NCBI GenBank assembly: GCA_964352085.1
Contig: CAYGPN010000009.1
Coordinates: 44,539-108,538 of the forward strand
Direction: 5' to 3'
Origin: an uncultured Gammaproteobacteria bacterium
Lineage (GTDB): Bacteria > Cyanobacteriota > Vampirovibrionia > LMEP-6097 > CAYGPN01
Length of the DNA stretch: 64,000 nucleotides
Below the pieces are notes generated by a model. That model saw only the letters and a list, made by a program, of their open reading frames with translations, had not been told where the DNA came from and searched no databases. Below, piece after piece: positions 39,061 to 48,543 of this stretch. Both the position numbers and the translations under genes were made by a program. The stretch's first letter is position 1; each line of letters opens with the position of its first letter.

Positions 39061-39495
39061 ATGGCAGCAAACGGAAAAAAAATATCAGGGTTCATTAATC
39101 TTCAGCTAGAAGCAGGAAAGGCCTCACCAGCGCCCCCAGTAGGCCCGGCACTTGGTCAACATGGTGTTAACATCATGGATTTTTGTAAAGCATACAATGA
39201 TGCGACAAAAGATAAAGCCGGATATATTATTCCAGTTGTAATCACCGTATATGAAGATCGTTCATTTACTTTTATTACAAAAGAGCCGCCAGCAGCTATT
39301 CTTATCAAAAAGAAAATCAAATTGGCTAAAGGTTCAGCAGTTCCTCATAAAGATAAAGTTGGAAACATTACTGACAAACAACTTGCTGAAGTTGCTGAAG
39401 CAAAAATGCCTGACTTAAATGCTAATGATATTGATGCAGCGAAAAAAATTATTGCTGGATCAGCGCGTAGCATGGGAGTTACAACTGTAGGCTAG
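39061..39495 (+). CDS. rplK: 50S ribosomal protein L11.
   Basis: [40 protein letters not shown] is the canonical bacterial L11 N-terminus. Confidence 0.85.
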   Translation: MAANGKKISGFINLQLEAGKASPAPPVGPALGQHGVNIMDFCKAYNDATKDKAGYIIPVVITVYEDRSFTFITKEPPAAILIKKKIKLAKGSAVPHKDKVGNITDKQLAEVAEAKMPDLNANDIDAAKKIIAGSARSMGVTTVG

Positions 39496-39566
39496 TGCCA
39501 AGAGCACTTTTTATAATGGTTTGAAAATCAGATAAAGCACAAAATTATTTAACTAGGAAAAAAACA

Positions 39567-40274
39567 ATGGCGAAAGAAACTAAAAGACAAAAAGCAATTA
39601 AAGAACTAGCAACAGCTAATCAGGGCTCAAGTCCTGCTGAAGCAATTAAGACGCTAAAAGAATTTTGCAAAGGTCAAAAATTTGACCACACAATTGAGCT
39701 AGCTGTTCAACTTGGTATCGATACTAAAATGAGTGACCAGCAAGTTCGTTCATCTATTCCACTTCCGGCTGGAACTGGTAAAAAAGTTAGTATCGCTGTT
39801 ATCGCTAAAGGTGAGAAAGTTGCTGAAGCGAAAGAAGCTGGCGCTGAGTTTGTTGGTTTCGAAGATCTTATTAAGAAAATTGAAGGCGGATGGATGGACT
39901 TTGATGTTCTAGTTGTAACTCCTGATGCTATGGCTCAGGTTGGTAAACTTGGTAGAACTCTTGGACCTCGTGGTCTTATGCCTAACCCTAAAGATGGCAC
40001 AGTTACTATGGATATTAAAAAAGCTGTAACTGAGCTTCAAGCAGGTAAAGCGCAGGTTCGTGCTGAGAAAACAGGCTCTGTAGTTCATGTTCCTATCGGT
40101 AAAGCAAGCTTCTCTGAAGAAGACCTAGCTAAGAATTACTCTGCCGTTATGTCTGAAATCCAGAAGAATAAGCCAGCTTCAGCTAAAGGCACTTACCTGA
40201 AATCAGTAGCTCTTAGCAGCACTCATGGACCTGGGATTTCAATAGCTTCTGATAAAGCACTAGTTACCGCTTAA
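39567..40274 (+). CDS. rplA: 50S ribosomal protein L1.
   Basis: 235 aa, follows rplK. …VDVLVVTPDAMAQVGKLGRTLGPRGLMPNPKDGTVT… is the L1 signature. Confidence 0.85.
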   Translation: MAKETKRQKAIKELATANQGSSPAEAIKTLKEFCKGQKFDHTIELAVQLGIDTKMSDQQVRSSIPLPAGTGKKVSIAVIAKGEKVAEAKEAGAEFVGFEDLIKKIEGGWMDFDVLVVTPDAMAQVGKLGRTLGPRGLMPNPKDGTVTMDIKKAVTELQAGKAQVRAEKTGSVVHVPIGKASFSEEDLAKNYSAVMSEIQKNKPASAKGTYLKSVALSSTHGPGISIASDKALVTA

Positions 40275-40279
40275 TTCCC

Positions 40280-40340
40280 GTCATTGCGAGCCCGAAGGGT
40301 GAAGCAATCCATAGATCACCACGCTTCGCTCGTGATGACA
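40280..40340. repeat. Single copy of the ~60-bp palindromic repeat element (reverse orientation) between rplA and the phosphatase-like gene.
   Basis: gtcattgcgagcccgaagggtgaagcaatccatagatcaccacgcttcgctcgtgatgaca is the reverse complement of the unit at 41526-41736. Confidence 0.8.
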
Positions 40341-40456
40341 ATTATTTAATCCTTCTTATCTTGACTAAAATACCAAGTGTATTGCTATAATTCTTCGTGA
40401 AAGGCTGATTTAGCTCTTGAAAAAGCAAGTCAATACAATCTTGTCCTTCAAAAATA

Positions 40457-41524
40457 ATGGCAATTGGTGTAGCAAGTCAAATAAAACCCACGCCTCAAGT
40501 AATGGGGATGCAAGAGCTTCTTGCAAATCCTAACTTTGATTTTTCAAAAATTGATCCTGAGATTTTAAAATCTCTGCCTCCTTTAGATCCTGCGCAGCTT
40601 CATCAGTTTTCAAATTTAGATTTATCAGAAGCCTCATCATCAATTTCAAACACGGACTTAACAGGGAGGACAAAGTCTGAAGCTCTTAAAGATATAAATA
40701 TTGCACCTAAATCTCAGATACCGAAAGGGTCTGAGATTATTACTTTTGATTTAGATGAAACTCTTATCTCATGTAACAAACTTACTAACGCTATGAAGAA
40801 AGCCGGTCAGAAGCTCGGCTATAAACTTTATAAATCTAAAGAAGGTAGTGAGTTTTTTGTAAGACCTGGTGCTGAAGAGCTTCTTAAATGGATTAAAGAT
40901 CAAGGTTTTAAGATAGTAGTTTCAAGTCGTAATTTTGAAAAGTATGAAGATGATATTTTAGCAAGTTGTGGTTTGGGTCAGTATGTGGACTACACTACTG
41001 GACATATGGATTTAGTTGAGTCAGCTAAAGCTGCTGACAAAAAGAAATTTCCTAATCATCCTAATAATAAATTAGGAATACTTACTTGGTCAGGAAGAGT
41101 TACCCACTCTGTCTTTAAAGGAATTTTTAAAGATACTTTGTGGCGTGGTTTTAAGCACTATGTTTTAAGAGACCAAAATATCAAACCATATTTCCCTGTT
41201 GCAGCTTGGCGTAATAATAAATATCCACCGTATCTAAGCGGGTCTAGAGTTTTGATAGATAATCTTTATGAAGAAACTCTTATTAACAGTAAAGCTTCAG
41301 AAGATTGGGTTGCACTTAACCCTGGTGAATTCTATGGTGATAAAGAAGAGCCTAAGAATAAAGATGGCGAATATACTTGGGTGGCTAATATTAAAAAAGG
41401 TCTGAATATTCAGAAGAACCAAGGCTGGAAAGCCCTGTATGAACGTGAGTATCATAAAAAACCAATAGATGATAAGGTTCCACTTGCTGAGCAAGCTAAA
41501 GCCGAGCCTAAGATTAAAGTTTAA
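40457..41524 (+). CDS. HAD-superfamily phosphatase of the FCP1/NIF (NLI-interacting factor, CTD-phosphatase-like) type, with an N-terminal extension.
   Basis: Motif I ITFDLDETLIS (DxDxT with Leu-Asp-Glu-Thr-Leu as in FCP1-homology domains), then FFVRPGAEELLKWIKDQGFKIVVSSRN (motif II Ser/Thr region) and later Lys/Asp-containing segments. This domain type is mainly eukaryotic. Confidence 0.5.
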   Translation: MAIGVASQIKPTPQVMGMQELLANPNFDFSKIDPEILKSLPPLDPAQLHQFSNLDLSEASSSISNTDLTGRTKSEALKDINIAPKSQIPKGSEIITFDLDETLISCNKLTNAMKKAGQKLGYKLYKSKEGSEFFVRPGAEELLKWIKDQGFKIVVSSRNFEKYEDDILASCGLGQYVDYTTGHMDLVESAKAADKKKFPNHPNNKLGILTWSGRVTHSVFKGIFKDTLWRGFKHYVLRDQNIKPYFPVAAWRNNKYPPYLSGSRVLIDNLYEETLINSKASEDWVALNPGEFYGDKEEPKNKDGEYTWVANIKKGLNIQKNQGWKALYEREYHKKPIDDKVPLAEQAKAEPKIKV

Positions 41525-41525
41525 A

Positions 41526-41736
41526 GCCATCACGAGTGAAGCGTGGTGATCTATGGATTGCTTCACCCTTCGGGCTCGCAATGACAACCCGTCATCACGA
41601 GCGAAGCGTGGTGATCCATGGATTGCTTCACCCTTCGGGCTCGCAATGACAACCCGTCATCACGAGTGAAGCGTGGTGATCTATGGATTGCTTCACCCTT
41701 CGGGCTTGCAATGACGGGGCTATGCTCGCAATGACA
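41526..41736. repeat. Three tandem copies of the ~60-bp palindromic repeat unit (gtcatcacgagYgaagcgtggtgatcYatggattgcttcacccttcgggctYgcaatgac) separated by aacc.
   Basis: Directly visible. Each unit is an imperfect palindrome (gtcatcacgagcgaagcg … cgcttcgctcgtgatgac in the reverse-complement sense). Confidence 0.85.
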
Positions 41737-41737
41737 C

Positions 41738-43312
41738 TTAAAAAACTTCTAAAATAATCTGACTATCTATAAAACCACTATCAGTGTCTGTTGCAGTCAC
41801 AGTGATTTGAGCTCCTTCAGTTAAAAAGTCAGGAAATTCATCAAGGAAATCACTAAGAGGCGCAAATGTGGCAGTAATTTTTTTATATAATTTACGTTTG
41901 CCTATTTTAAAACTCTCTTTATTAAAGCTAATTAAATCCGGAGAGCTTGAGCTAAGACTTAGTCTCACTGTTTTCTTTTTAAATGGTTTAATTTTAGTAA
42001 ATTTAATTTTAGAAGTCACTTCATCAAAATCACCAACTAGAGTTGAGTTATTTACTGCTTTGCCGCTAGCTTTAAAACTTCTTTTAATTGCATCAGGGTC
42101 AGTACCTGGCATCCCACCATTAGTAGCACCACCCAAGTTAATAGTTGTTAGTTGTCCAGCATTAATAGTTATTTGCTGAGCGTTATTAAGAGCGTCTTCT
42201 AAGCTGACATCTAAAAGAGCCTCACCTGTTCCATTAAAAAATCCAGTAGTAAAAGAACTAGGATTTTTAGGTGGAGCTACAGGACCTACTGAAGATGCAC
42301 CTGTAAATTCGCTAAAGATTGGCTCAACTTTTAAAATATAGTTGCCAGGAGGCAAGCCTGGGATTATAAATTCAGCGTTTCCAGTTGTAAAGAGATCTAC
42401 AACGCTAGAAACAGCCAGAGCAGTGTTATCTACATTAAAAGCAATTACATTACCGCCAGTTAAAGCATTACTGTTAGAATCTCTAGCTTCGCCTCTAAGT
42501 GTTCCAAACTCTGTCATAAAATCAGTTTCGGCGTAAGCAGCTGGGGAAGAAACAGAAACAACATCATCTAGAAGTAGAGTGAAACCTGGATTTGCAAGAA
42601 TGGGAAACATGATTGGTATGTTTGATAAGTTCGAGGGTTGACCATTACGTCTTTTTAAAAACTCCTCTAAGAAAACTTGAGTGTGGTCTAAGCCAATTGC
42701 ATGTCCAAATTCGTGAAGAACAGTTGATTTAAAATTATTTGTATTTGTAACAGAAGTCTCACCAAAAAGATTAGATAAGGTAAAAAGAAAACCATTAAAA
42801 GCTGCTTGTGACTCGACTATTATTTCTGAACTTGGTGATATGAAAGTCGGTCCAGCAAAGCCAAGCACACTTGCCTTAGACCCTTGACCAAAGAAGCTTT
42901 CGAAGATCTCCCCATCATCATCAAAAACTATAGGTGTAAAACCTAAAGTACCATTAGGTGAAAGAATGGACTGGAAATTAGTTTCATTAATATCAGAGCT
43001 CAAAGTACCTTGATTTAGAAAATTGATTTTAGAAGTTTCCACATTATTCCAAGTAGCTAGAATATCGTTTGTAAGCATTTGCGGGTTGACAAGGTCGCCT
43101 AAAGGACCTTGATCGTTTCTATAAAGTACATTAACAACTGTGCCGCTGCTTGGGAAAGTGGGATAGAACTTTTGAGAGTCTGAACAATTTGAACCTCCAT
43201 TTGGGCAGGCTGCTAAAAGTCCAGCAGCTTTTGCTTCGCTCACAAAATTAGCAAAGGACAAAACAAATATAAGGAAAGCTAAAAATCTTAGCGATAAGGG
43301 CTTGAGGAGCAT
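41738..43312 (-). CDS. Secreted zinc metalloprotease of the metzincin type (HExxHxxGxxH plus Met-turn).
   Basis: Signal peptide; HEFGHAIGLDHTQ and a downstream IMFPIL Met-turn. Paralogous to 43322-44533. Confidence 0.6.
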   Translation of the reverse strand: MLLKPLSLRFLAFLIFVLSFANFVSEAKAAGLLAACPNGGSNCSDSQKFYPTFPSSGTVVNVLYRNDQGPLGDLVNPQMLTNDILATWNNVETSKINFLNQGTLSSDINETNFQSILSPNGTLGFTPIVFDDDGEIFESFFGQGSKASVLGFAGPTFISPSSEIIVESQAAFNGFLFTLSNLFGETSVTNTNNFKSTVLHEFGHAIGLDHTQVFLEEFLKRRNGQPSNLSNIPIMFPILANPGFTLLLDDVVSVSSPAAYAETDFMTEFGTLRGEARDSNSNALTGGNVIAFNVDNTALAVSSVVDLFTTGNAEFIIPGLPPGNYILKVEPIFSEFTGASSVGPVAPPKNPSSFTTGFFNGTGEALLDVSLEDALNNAQQITINAGQLTTINLGGATNGGMPGTDPDAIKRSFKASGKAVNNSTLVGDFDEVTSKIKFTKIKPFKKKTVRLSLSSSSPDLISFNKESFKIGKRKLYKKITATFAPLSDFLDEFPDFLTEGAQITVTATDTDSGFIDSQIILEVF

Positions 43313-43321
43313 AGTTATATT

Positions 43322-44533
43322 TTAGTTTAATGAGGAGAGGTCTAGGGTCCCAACTTTGGTTTTTTTACCAGCCGTTACTGTTATTAATCCACTTTCGCTG
43401 ATCTGATTAACAGCGCTGGTAACTAGAGTGCTAGCTGCTAGGAAAGGACTCCCTGAACCAGCAAAATAACCACCTTGAAGACTAGTATTTGGTGAGTAAA
43501 TCCCAACAGAAGAAGCTCCAGTGAAAGTTGAACCAATTGGTTGAAATCTTAATATAACTTGAGTTGATCCATTAACAGGGAAAGGTATGCTAAATGATCC
43601 AGTGCCTTTACCTTTAGTGTCAGATGGTACAGAGACGGTTTTGTTTGTTGGATCGTTAATATCATACGCAGTAACTACAAAGCCAGTAACTGCTTTGCCT
43701 GCATTTTGAATCTTTCCAACAATTTTTCCGTAGCCAGCTTTAAAAGCGGTTTTATTTTTATAGGCATCAGAAACAGCAGCTTTGTCATCTTCTTTAAGGC
43801 TAGGGCTTTGATTTAGAAAGCTAAATAGCGTAGGGAACATTACAGAGACATTTCCAGGGTTACTGCCTTCCTCACCAGTTTTAAAGTTTCCATCAAAGTT
43901 CTGGGTATGATCTATACCAAAAGAATGACCAACTTCATGAGTAATAGTTAGATCTGCTCCATTTTTGATAGTCTGCAGGCTAGAACCTGGGTTATTAGCT
44001 GTTGTAAAGAAATTACCATTAACAATTAATCTAGAGTTATTAATTTTTTTAGAGCTAGGTATAACAAAAAGAGGACCACCAAGACCAAGTACAGTATTTT
44101 CACCACCTTGACCAAAAATTGAGTTTATCGCGTCACCCGAATTATCTATGATTGCAACACTGCCACTTTTAGTTTTATTAAAAGTATTAAGAACATCATT
44201 TAAATTATCAAACTGAAGTGCTGAGCTTGAGAGCGTTAATTTAAATTTTGATCCAGGCACATTTGCCCACCTGCTAAATGCGTTTTGTACTAACTGTCTT
44301 GCACCAGCAATATCACCAATGCTATCAGCTCCACCTTGAAATATACCAAGCTTGTATGTGGTCTTAGGTTTTTTGCCTTTGTATTTAAAGAATAGGTTTT
44401 TTTTAGGTACGCAATTAGATGAACCATCTTTGCATCTGCCTATTAAACTTGCGCTATAAGCTGCATTATCGAGAAGCAGTGCAAAAATAACTGCTAATGA
44501 AAGTGTTAGTAAAGCTGATTTTCTAAGTTTCAT
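43322..44533 (-). CDS. Secreted zinc metalloprotease of the metzincin type; tandem paralog.
   Basis: Signal peptide; HEVGHSFGIDHTQ and VMFPTL. Shares the blocks VLGLGGPLF, NGNFFT and TFTGASSVG with its neighbour. Confidence 0.6.
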   Translation of the reverse strand: MKLRKSALLTLSLAVIFALLLDNAAYSASLIGRCKDGSSNCVPKKNLFFKYKGKKPKTTYKLGIFQGGADSIGDIAGARQLVQNAFSRWANVPGSKFKLTLSSSALQFDNLNDVLNTFNKTKSGSVAIIDNSGDAINSIFGQGGENTVLGLGGPLFVIPSSKKINNSRLIVNGNFFTTANNPGSSLQTIKNGADLTITHEVGHSFGIDHTQNFDGNFKTGEEGSNPGNVSVMFPTLFSFLNQSPSLKEDDKAAVSDAYKNKTAFKAGYGKIVGKIQNAGKAVTGFVVTAYDINDPTNKTVSVPSDTKGKGTGSFSIPFPVNGSTQVILRFQPIGSTFTGASSVGIYSPNTSLQGGYFAGSGSPFLAASTLVTSAVNQISESGLITVTAGKKTKVGTLDLSSLN

Positions 44534-45032
44534 TATTTGTTTCTTGAATTTTTTTTGGAATTAATCTGGATTTGGCATTGCCATAGCTCATCCTTAATAT
44601 ATATTCCCTTCCTGTAATAGAGTCTTGGATTTCTATATGCCTTCCAAAGCCTAGCTTAATGTCTTTGATGATAAGCCTTTCAGTGAGTTTGTCGCCTTTG
44701 TTATAGGCTACAGGGATGATAAACATATCGCCAGCTCTTAGGCTGTTTGATCTAGCTATAGCTGCTTTAACTGTGCCTTGTGATCTGAAAATAGATTTTA
44801 CGTAAAATTCTGTTTCTTCGGGCATTATGCTCTTATCTACTAAAGTGTAATAAACAGGTTTTGTATTTGTAGTTTCTTCTTCGATTTTTTCTTCACTAGC
44901 TTTTTTCTCTTCAACTTGTTTTTCTTCAAGTTTTTGAGCAGCTTCTTCTTTTATTTCTTCTGCAAAAGCAAAAGTGCTCGCATTAAATACGATTAAAAAA
45001 CTTATTAAAAGAAGTGCTGATTTCTTCATCAC
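44523..45032 (-). CDS. Small secreted Glu/Lys-rich protein, co-oriented immediately upstream of the protease pair.
   Basis: Signal peptide MMKKSALLLISFLIVFNASTFAFA, an acidic linker and a C-terminal ~90-aa domain. Overlaps the next gene by 11 bp. Confidence 0.4.
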   Translation of the reverse strand: MMKKSALLLISFLIVFNASTFAFAEEIKEEAAQKLEEKQVEEKKASEEKIEEETTNTKPVYYTLVDKSIMPEETEFYVKSIFRSQGTVKAAIARSNSLRAGDMFIIPVAYNKGDKLTERLIIKDIKLGFGRHIEIQDSITGREYILRMSYGNAKSRLIPKKIQETNNET

Positions 45033-45063
45033 CAGATTCAGTATAGCAAGCTCTCACTTTTGC

Positions 45064-46890
45064 CTAACAAAGCCAAATTTGAGCGCTATTTTCTAAATCT
45101 CTATCTCCTTGGTTTAAAGGTAGTGTAAAGAAGAATTTACTACCTTTTCCTTCTTCGCTTTCACACCAAATTTGACCGCCATGAGCATTAAGGATCTCTT
45201 TGCAGATAGAAAGCCCTAAACCTGTGCCGCCTATACTTCTGGTGTCACTATTATCTATTCTGAAGAATCTATCAAAAATAGAATTTTGCATATTTTCTGG
45301 AATACCAATACCTTCATCAGCAACACAAATAAAGATGTCATTGCGATTTGCTTCAATGGAGCAACGTATCGTAGTACCCTCTTCTGAATACTTAATAGCG
45401 TTACTAAATAAATTGCTGAATACTCTATTTAAAGCTTCAGGATCAGCGAAGCTTGGAGGAAGTTCTTTAGATTTAATCCATTTAATTTCATGCTTTTGTT
45501 TTTGGCTACCTAGCTGCGCCCAAGCATTTTCAGCAATCCAATCAATTTCAATTTCTTCAAACTGTCCAAGAGGAATTTTACCTGTAGCCTCAATTCTAGA
45601 TAAGTCTAAGAAATCTTGGATAAGGTTGGACAGTCTATGAGAGGCTGTGTGGATTTCTTGAATATAAGTTTGGCTTGTTTCTTTAGCGTAATCTCTATGT
45701 AAAAGTAATTCACTAAAACCAAGAATATTTGCCATTGGTGTTCTTAGCTCATGAGAAACTGTGCTCATTAACTGAGACTTCAGTCTATCTAGTTCTAAAA
45801 GTTTTTCATTACTTTGCTTAAGATCGTTTATTAATTGTGCTTGGCTTATGCAAATAGAAACCTGGTCTCTAATTATTTCTAGAAGCTTGATATCGTCTTT
45901 GCTCCAAATACGGTGATAGTCTTTCTGGCTAAGACCAAGCATCCCACAGACTTTGCCCTTCATTTTAATAGGTAGGTAGATAAAGCTTTTTACATCTAGT
46001 TTTTTGTAGACTTGGTAAAGCTCTTCAGATTTAGGTTTGAGCTCTTTTTCAATATCATTAATAATGATGTAACCTTCACTTAATGATCTCTCAATTACAT
46101 CAAGACCAAGATCTAGTGGTCCTGTTAGCCCTAAAACCTTTTTTAAGCCAGGGGCTGTATACTCGGCTTGAATGATCCAGCTCTCTCTAGCGATACCAGC
46201 AAAGAAAGACCTGCTGCAGTTCATGATCTTCCCAAGCTTTTTAACAACAGTAGTAATGATAGTGTCTATGTCTTGAGTTTTATTTATCTCATAGAAAAGT
46301 TTGTTTACTTGCAGGCTTTTTTCTGCGTTAGATTTAACTTGGTAAAATCTTTCTGAGTTTTCAATAGCGTTAGCTAGTTGTTTGGTGATTTCTTCGATTG
46401 CTGTTTTAGCAGCATCTACACCATCAAGACTTTTAACCCCAATGTTTAAAGTGCCTAAAGTATTTTTAGTATTTGTGCTAATAATTGGAAAGATTACTCG
46501 ATGGCCAATTCCTTGCTCTAATAAAAGTGCTGATTCCTTGTAATCCATTTGAGAAAGATCATCTGTGATTATTGCTTTGTTTTTGATACATTTGCTATAA
46601 GCAGTATTTTCATAAGAAGAATTTACAAATTCTTGGTAGTGAGATTTAAATTCCTCTAATTTTTTATCTTTAGTTTTATCGTTATTTGTTGAGTGGCTTG
46701 AAAAAGCTTTTAGGTTTATTGTTTTTCTTTTTTCTTGGTCAGAAAGAACTATGCTAACGATTATGACGTCTTCGTCGAAGAAATCTATTATCGTGTCACA
46801 AGCAATCTGAAGGATCTCGTCTATATTGAGAGTCGCTGAGATAGGTTGTAATAACCCATTTACTTTTTGTTTTTCGGGAGCAGTCACCAT
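45064..46890 (-). CDS. Cytoplasmic sensor histidine kinase with GAF domains.
   Basis: H-box STVSHELRTPMANILGFSELL and the HATPase G-boxes DEGIGIP…GGTGLGLSICKEIL. No TM segments, and no adjacent response regulator. Confidence 0.7.
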   Translation of the reverse strand: MVTAPEKQKVNGLLQPISATLNIDEILQIACDTIIDFFDEDVIIVSIVLSDQEKRKTINLKAFSSHSTNNDKTKDKKLEEFKSHYQEFVNSSYENTAYSKCIKNKAIITDDLSQMDYKESALLLEQGIGHRVIFPIISTNTKNTLGTLNIGVKSLDGVDAAKTAIEEITKQLANAIENSERFYQVKSNAEKSLQVNKLFYEINKTQDIDTIITTVVKKLGKIMNCSRSFFAGIARESWIIQAEYTAPGLKKVLGLTGPLDLGLDVIERSLSEGYIIINDIEKELKPKSEELYQVYKKLDVKSFIYLPIKMKGKVCGMLGLSQKDYHRIWSKDDIKLLEIIRDQVSICISQAQLINDLKQSNEKLLELDRLKSQLMSTVSHELRTPMANILGFSELLLHRDYAKETSQTYIQEIHTASHRLSNLIQDFLDLSRIEATGKIPLGQFEEIEIDWIAENAWAQLGSQKQKHEIKWIKSKELPPSFADPEALNRVFSNLFSNAIKYSEEGTTIRCSIEANRNDIFICVADEGIGIPENMQNSIFDRFFRIDNSDTRSIGGTGLGLSICKEILNAHGGQIWCESEEGKGSKFFFTLPLNQGDRDLENSAQIWLC

Positions 46891-46973
46891 TTATTTTATT
46901 CCACTTTTATTTTGGCGTCTTTACGCATTTGCGCTTGCCGTGGACCTTCCTATATCTTACAATTACTAAAGTT

Positions 46974-48518
46974 ATGGGTATACCTGATATTTCAATTATT
47001 TCGCAAGTTTTATTGCCTGAGTTTTTTATAGTGCTCGGAATTTTGTTGGCTCTTCTTTTTAGTGCTATTGGCAAACACAAATATGTTTGGCTAAGTTCAA
47101 TGCTGGCATTAGCATTTGCGCTCTTGCAACTCGTAACAGTTCAACTGCCAGCTACTTTTAGTCATGCTCAAGAAGCAACAGGCCCTATAAACATTATTTT
47201 TGATAGTTTTGTTTTTGATACGCTATCAGTTTTCTTTAGAATACTTATTTATGCTGTTACTTTGCTAATTTGCTTAGCTTCATCTAAATACATGTCAACA
47301 GTAGAAAGCCCGGGTGAGTACTATAGTATTCTTCTAACAGCAGCGCTTGGCGGTTCTTTTTTAACTGGTGCTAATGATTTTCTAGTATTGTTTGTTGCAA
47401 TTGAAACTCTTGGTTTAAGTTCTATTCTTTTAGCTTCTTACGCTAGAAAGAGTAATAATTCTAATGAAGCAGGTATTAAATATCTCTTTACTTCAGCTGT
47501 GGCAACTTCGATGCTTTTGCTAGCAATCTCATTTGTATATGGCTTAACTGGTGCAACAAACTTTGTTGAAGCAAATAGTACTTTATCTAGTTTAAGTTCA
47601 GCAGGTTTTATTTCTAATCCTTTGATTGCTTTAATTTCTGTTTTATTTATTGGTGCTGTGGGTTTCAAGCTTTCAGCAGCTCCTTTTCACAACTGGGCTC
47701 CAGATGTTTATAGCGGAGCGCCAACTACAACCACACTATTCTTATCTGTTGTTTCTAAGGTAGCGGCTTTTGGTTTAGCTATTAGATTATTTACTTCAGT
47801 ATTCCAATCTGACATCTTCTCAGCTTTAATAGCAGCAGCGGCAGTGATTTCTATTGTTGTTGGAAATTATATCGGTGTGGTGCAGATTTTAAATAGAGCA
47901 TCAGTGAAAAGACTTTTAGCTTATTCTTCTATTGCGCAAGCTGGTTATCTAATGATTGGCTTAGCTGTTGCTAGTGAGCAGAGTCTTAGTGCTCTAGTCT
48001 TTTATCTAACTGTTTATGCTGTAATGAATACAGGCGCTTTTCTTGCGATGATTTATTTTGAGCAAGAAGCTCAAACAGATGAGATTTATGAGCTTTCTGG
48101 TCTTGTTCAGAAAAAACCATTAACAACAGCAGTCTTCTCTCTATGCTTGATTAATCTAGCTGGCTTACCTTTTATACCAGCTGGTTTTATAGGTAAGTTT
48201 TTCTTATTCTCCTCAGCTTACAGTTCAAGCCTTTGGTTTGGTAAATGGATCGCCGTTATAGGTTTGCTTGGTTCAGTGGTTGCTCTTTTCTTCTACTTAT
48301 ATCTAGTAAAAATTATGATTGTAGATTCTCCTTCAACATCAGTTAGAGCTTTAACTTCAACTACTGCTGATAACCGTAGTTTTGTTGCGGTTCTAGAAGA
48401 CAATGCGATTCAAACAGCTATTATTCTTAGCTTTGCTGCTTTGATTTATATTGGCGTTTTTAACACTGACTTTTTTACAAGAATGGCAGCGTCTGTAGTT
48501 AGTGGAATCGGCGTTTAA
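46974..48518 (+). CDS. NuoN/MrpD/NuoM-family proton-translocating antiporter-like membrane subunit. It stands alone.
   Basis: About 14 TM helices and an NDH/Mrp antiporter-type sequence (…AAPFHNWAPDVYSGAPT…). I placed the start at ATG 46974; the track ORF begins at an upstream TTG (46929). Confidence 0.6.
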   Translation: MGIPDISIISQVLLPEFFIVLGILLALLFSAIGKHKYVWLSSMLALAFALLQLVTVQLPATFSHAQEATGPINIIFDSFVFDTLSVFFRILIYAVTLLICLASSKYMSTVESPGEYYSILLTAALGGSFLTGANDFLVLFVAIETLGLSSILLASYARKSNNSNEAGIKYLFTSAVATSMLLLAISFVYGLTGATNFVEANSTLSSLSSAGFISNPLIALISVLFIGAVGFKLSAAPFHNWAPDVYSGAPTTTTLFLSVVSKVAAFGLAIRLFTSVFQSDIFSALIAAAAVISIVVGNYIGVVQILNRASVKRLLAYSSIAQAGYLMIGLAVASEQSLSALVFYLTVYAVMNTGAFLAMIYFEQEAQTDEIYELSGLVQKKPLTTAVFSLCLINLAGLPFIPAGFIGKFFLFSSAYSSSLWFGKWIAVIGLLGSVVALFFYLYLVKIMIVDSPSTSVRALTSTTADNRSFVAVLEDNAIQTAIILSFAALIYIGVFNTDFFTRMAASVVSGIGV

Positions 48519-48543
48519 TTCTTAAAGGACAAGTAAATTATTT

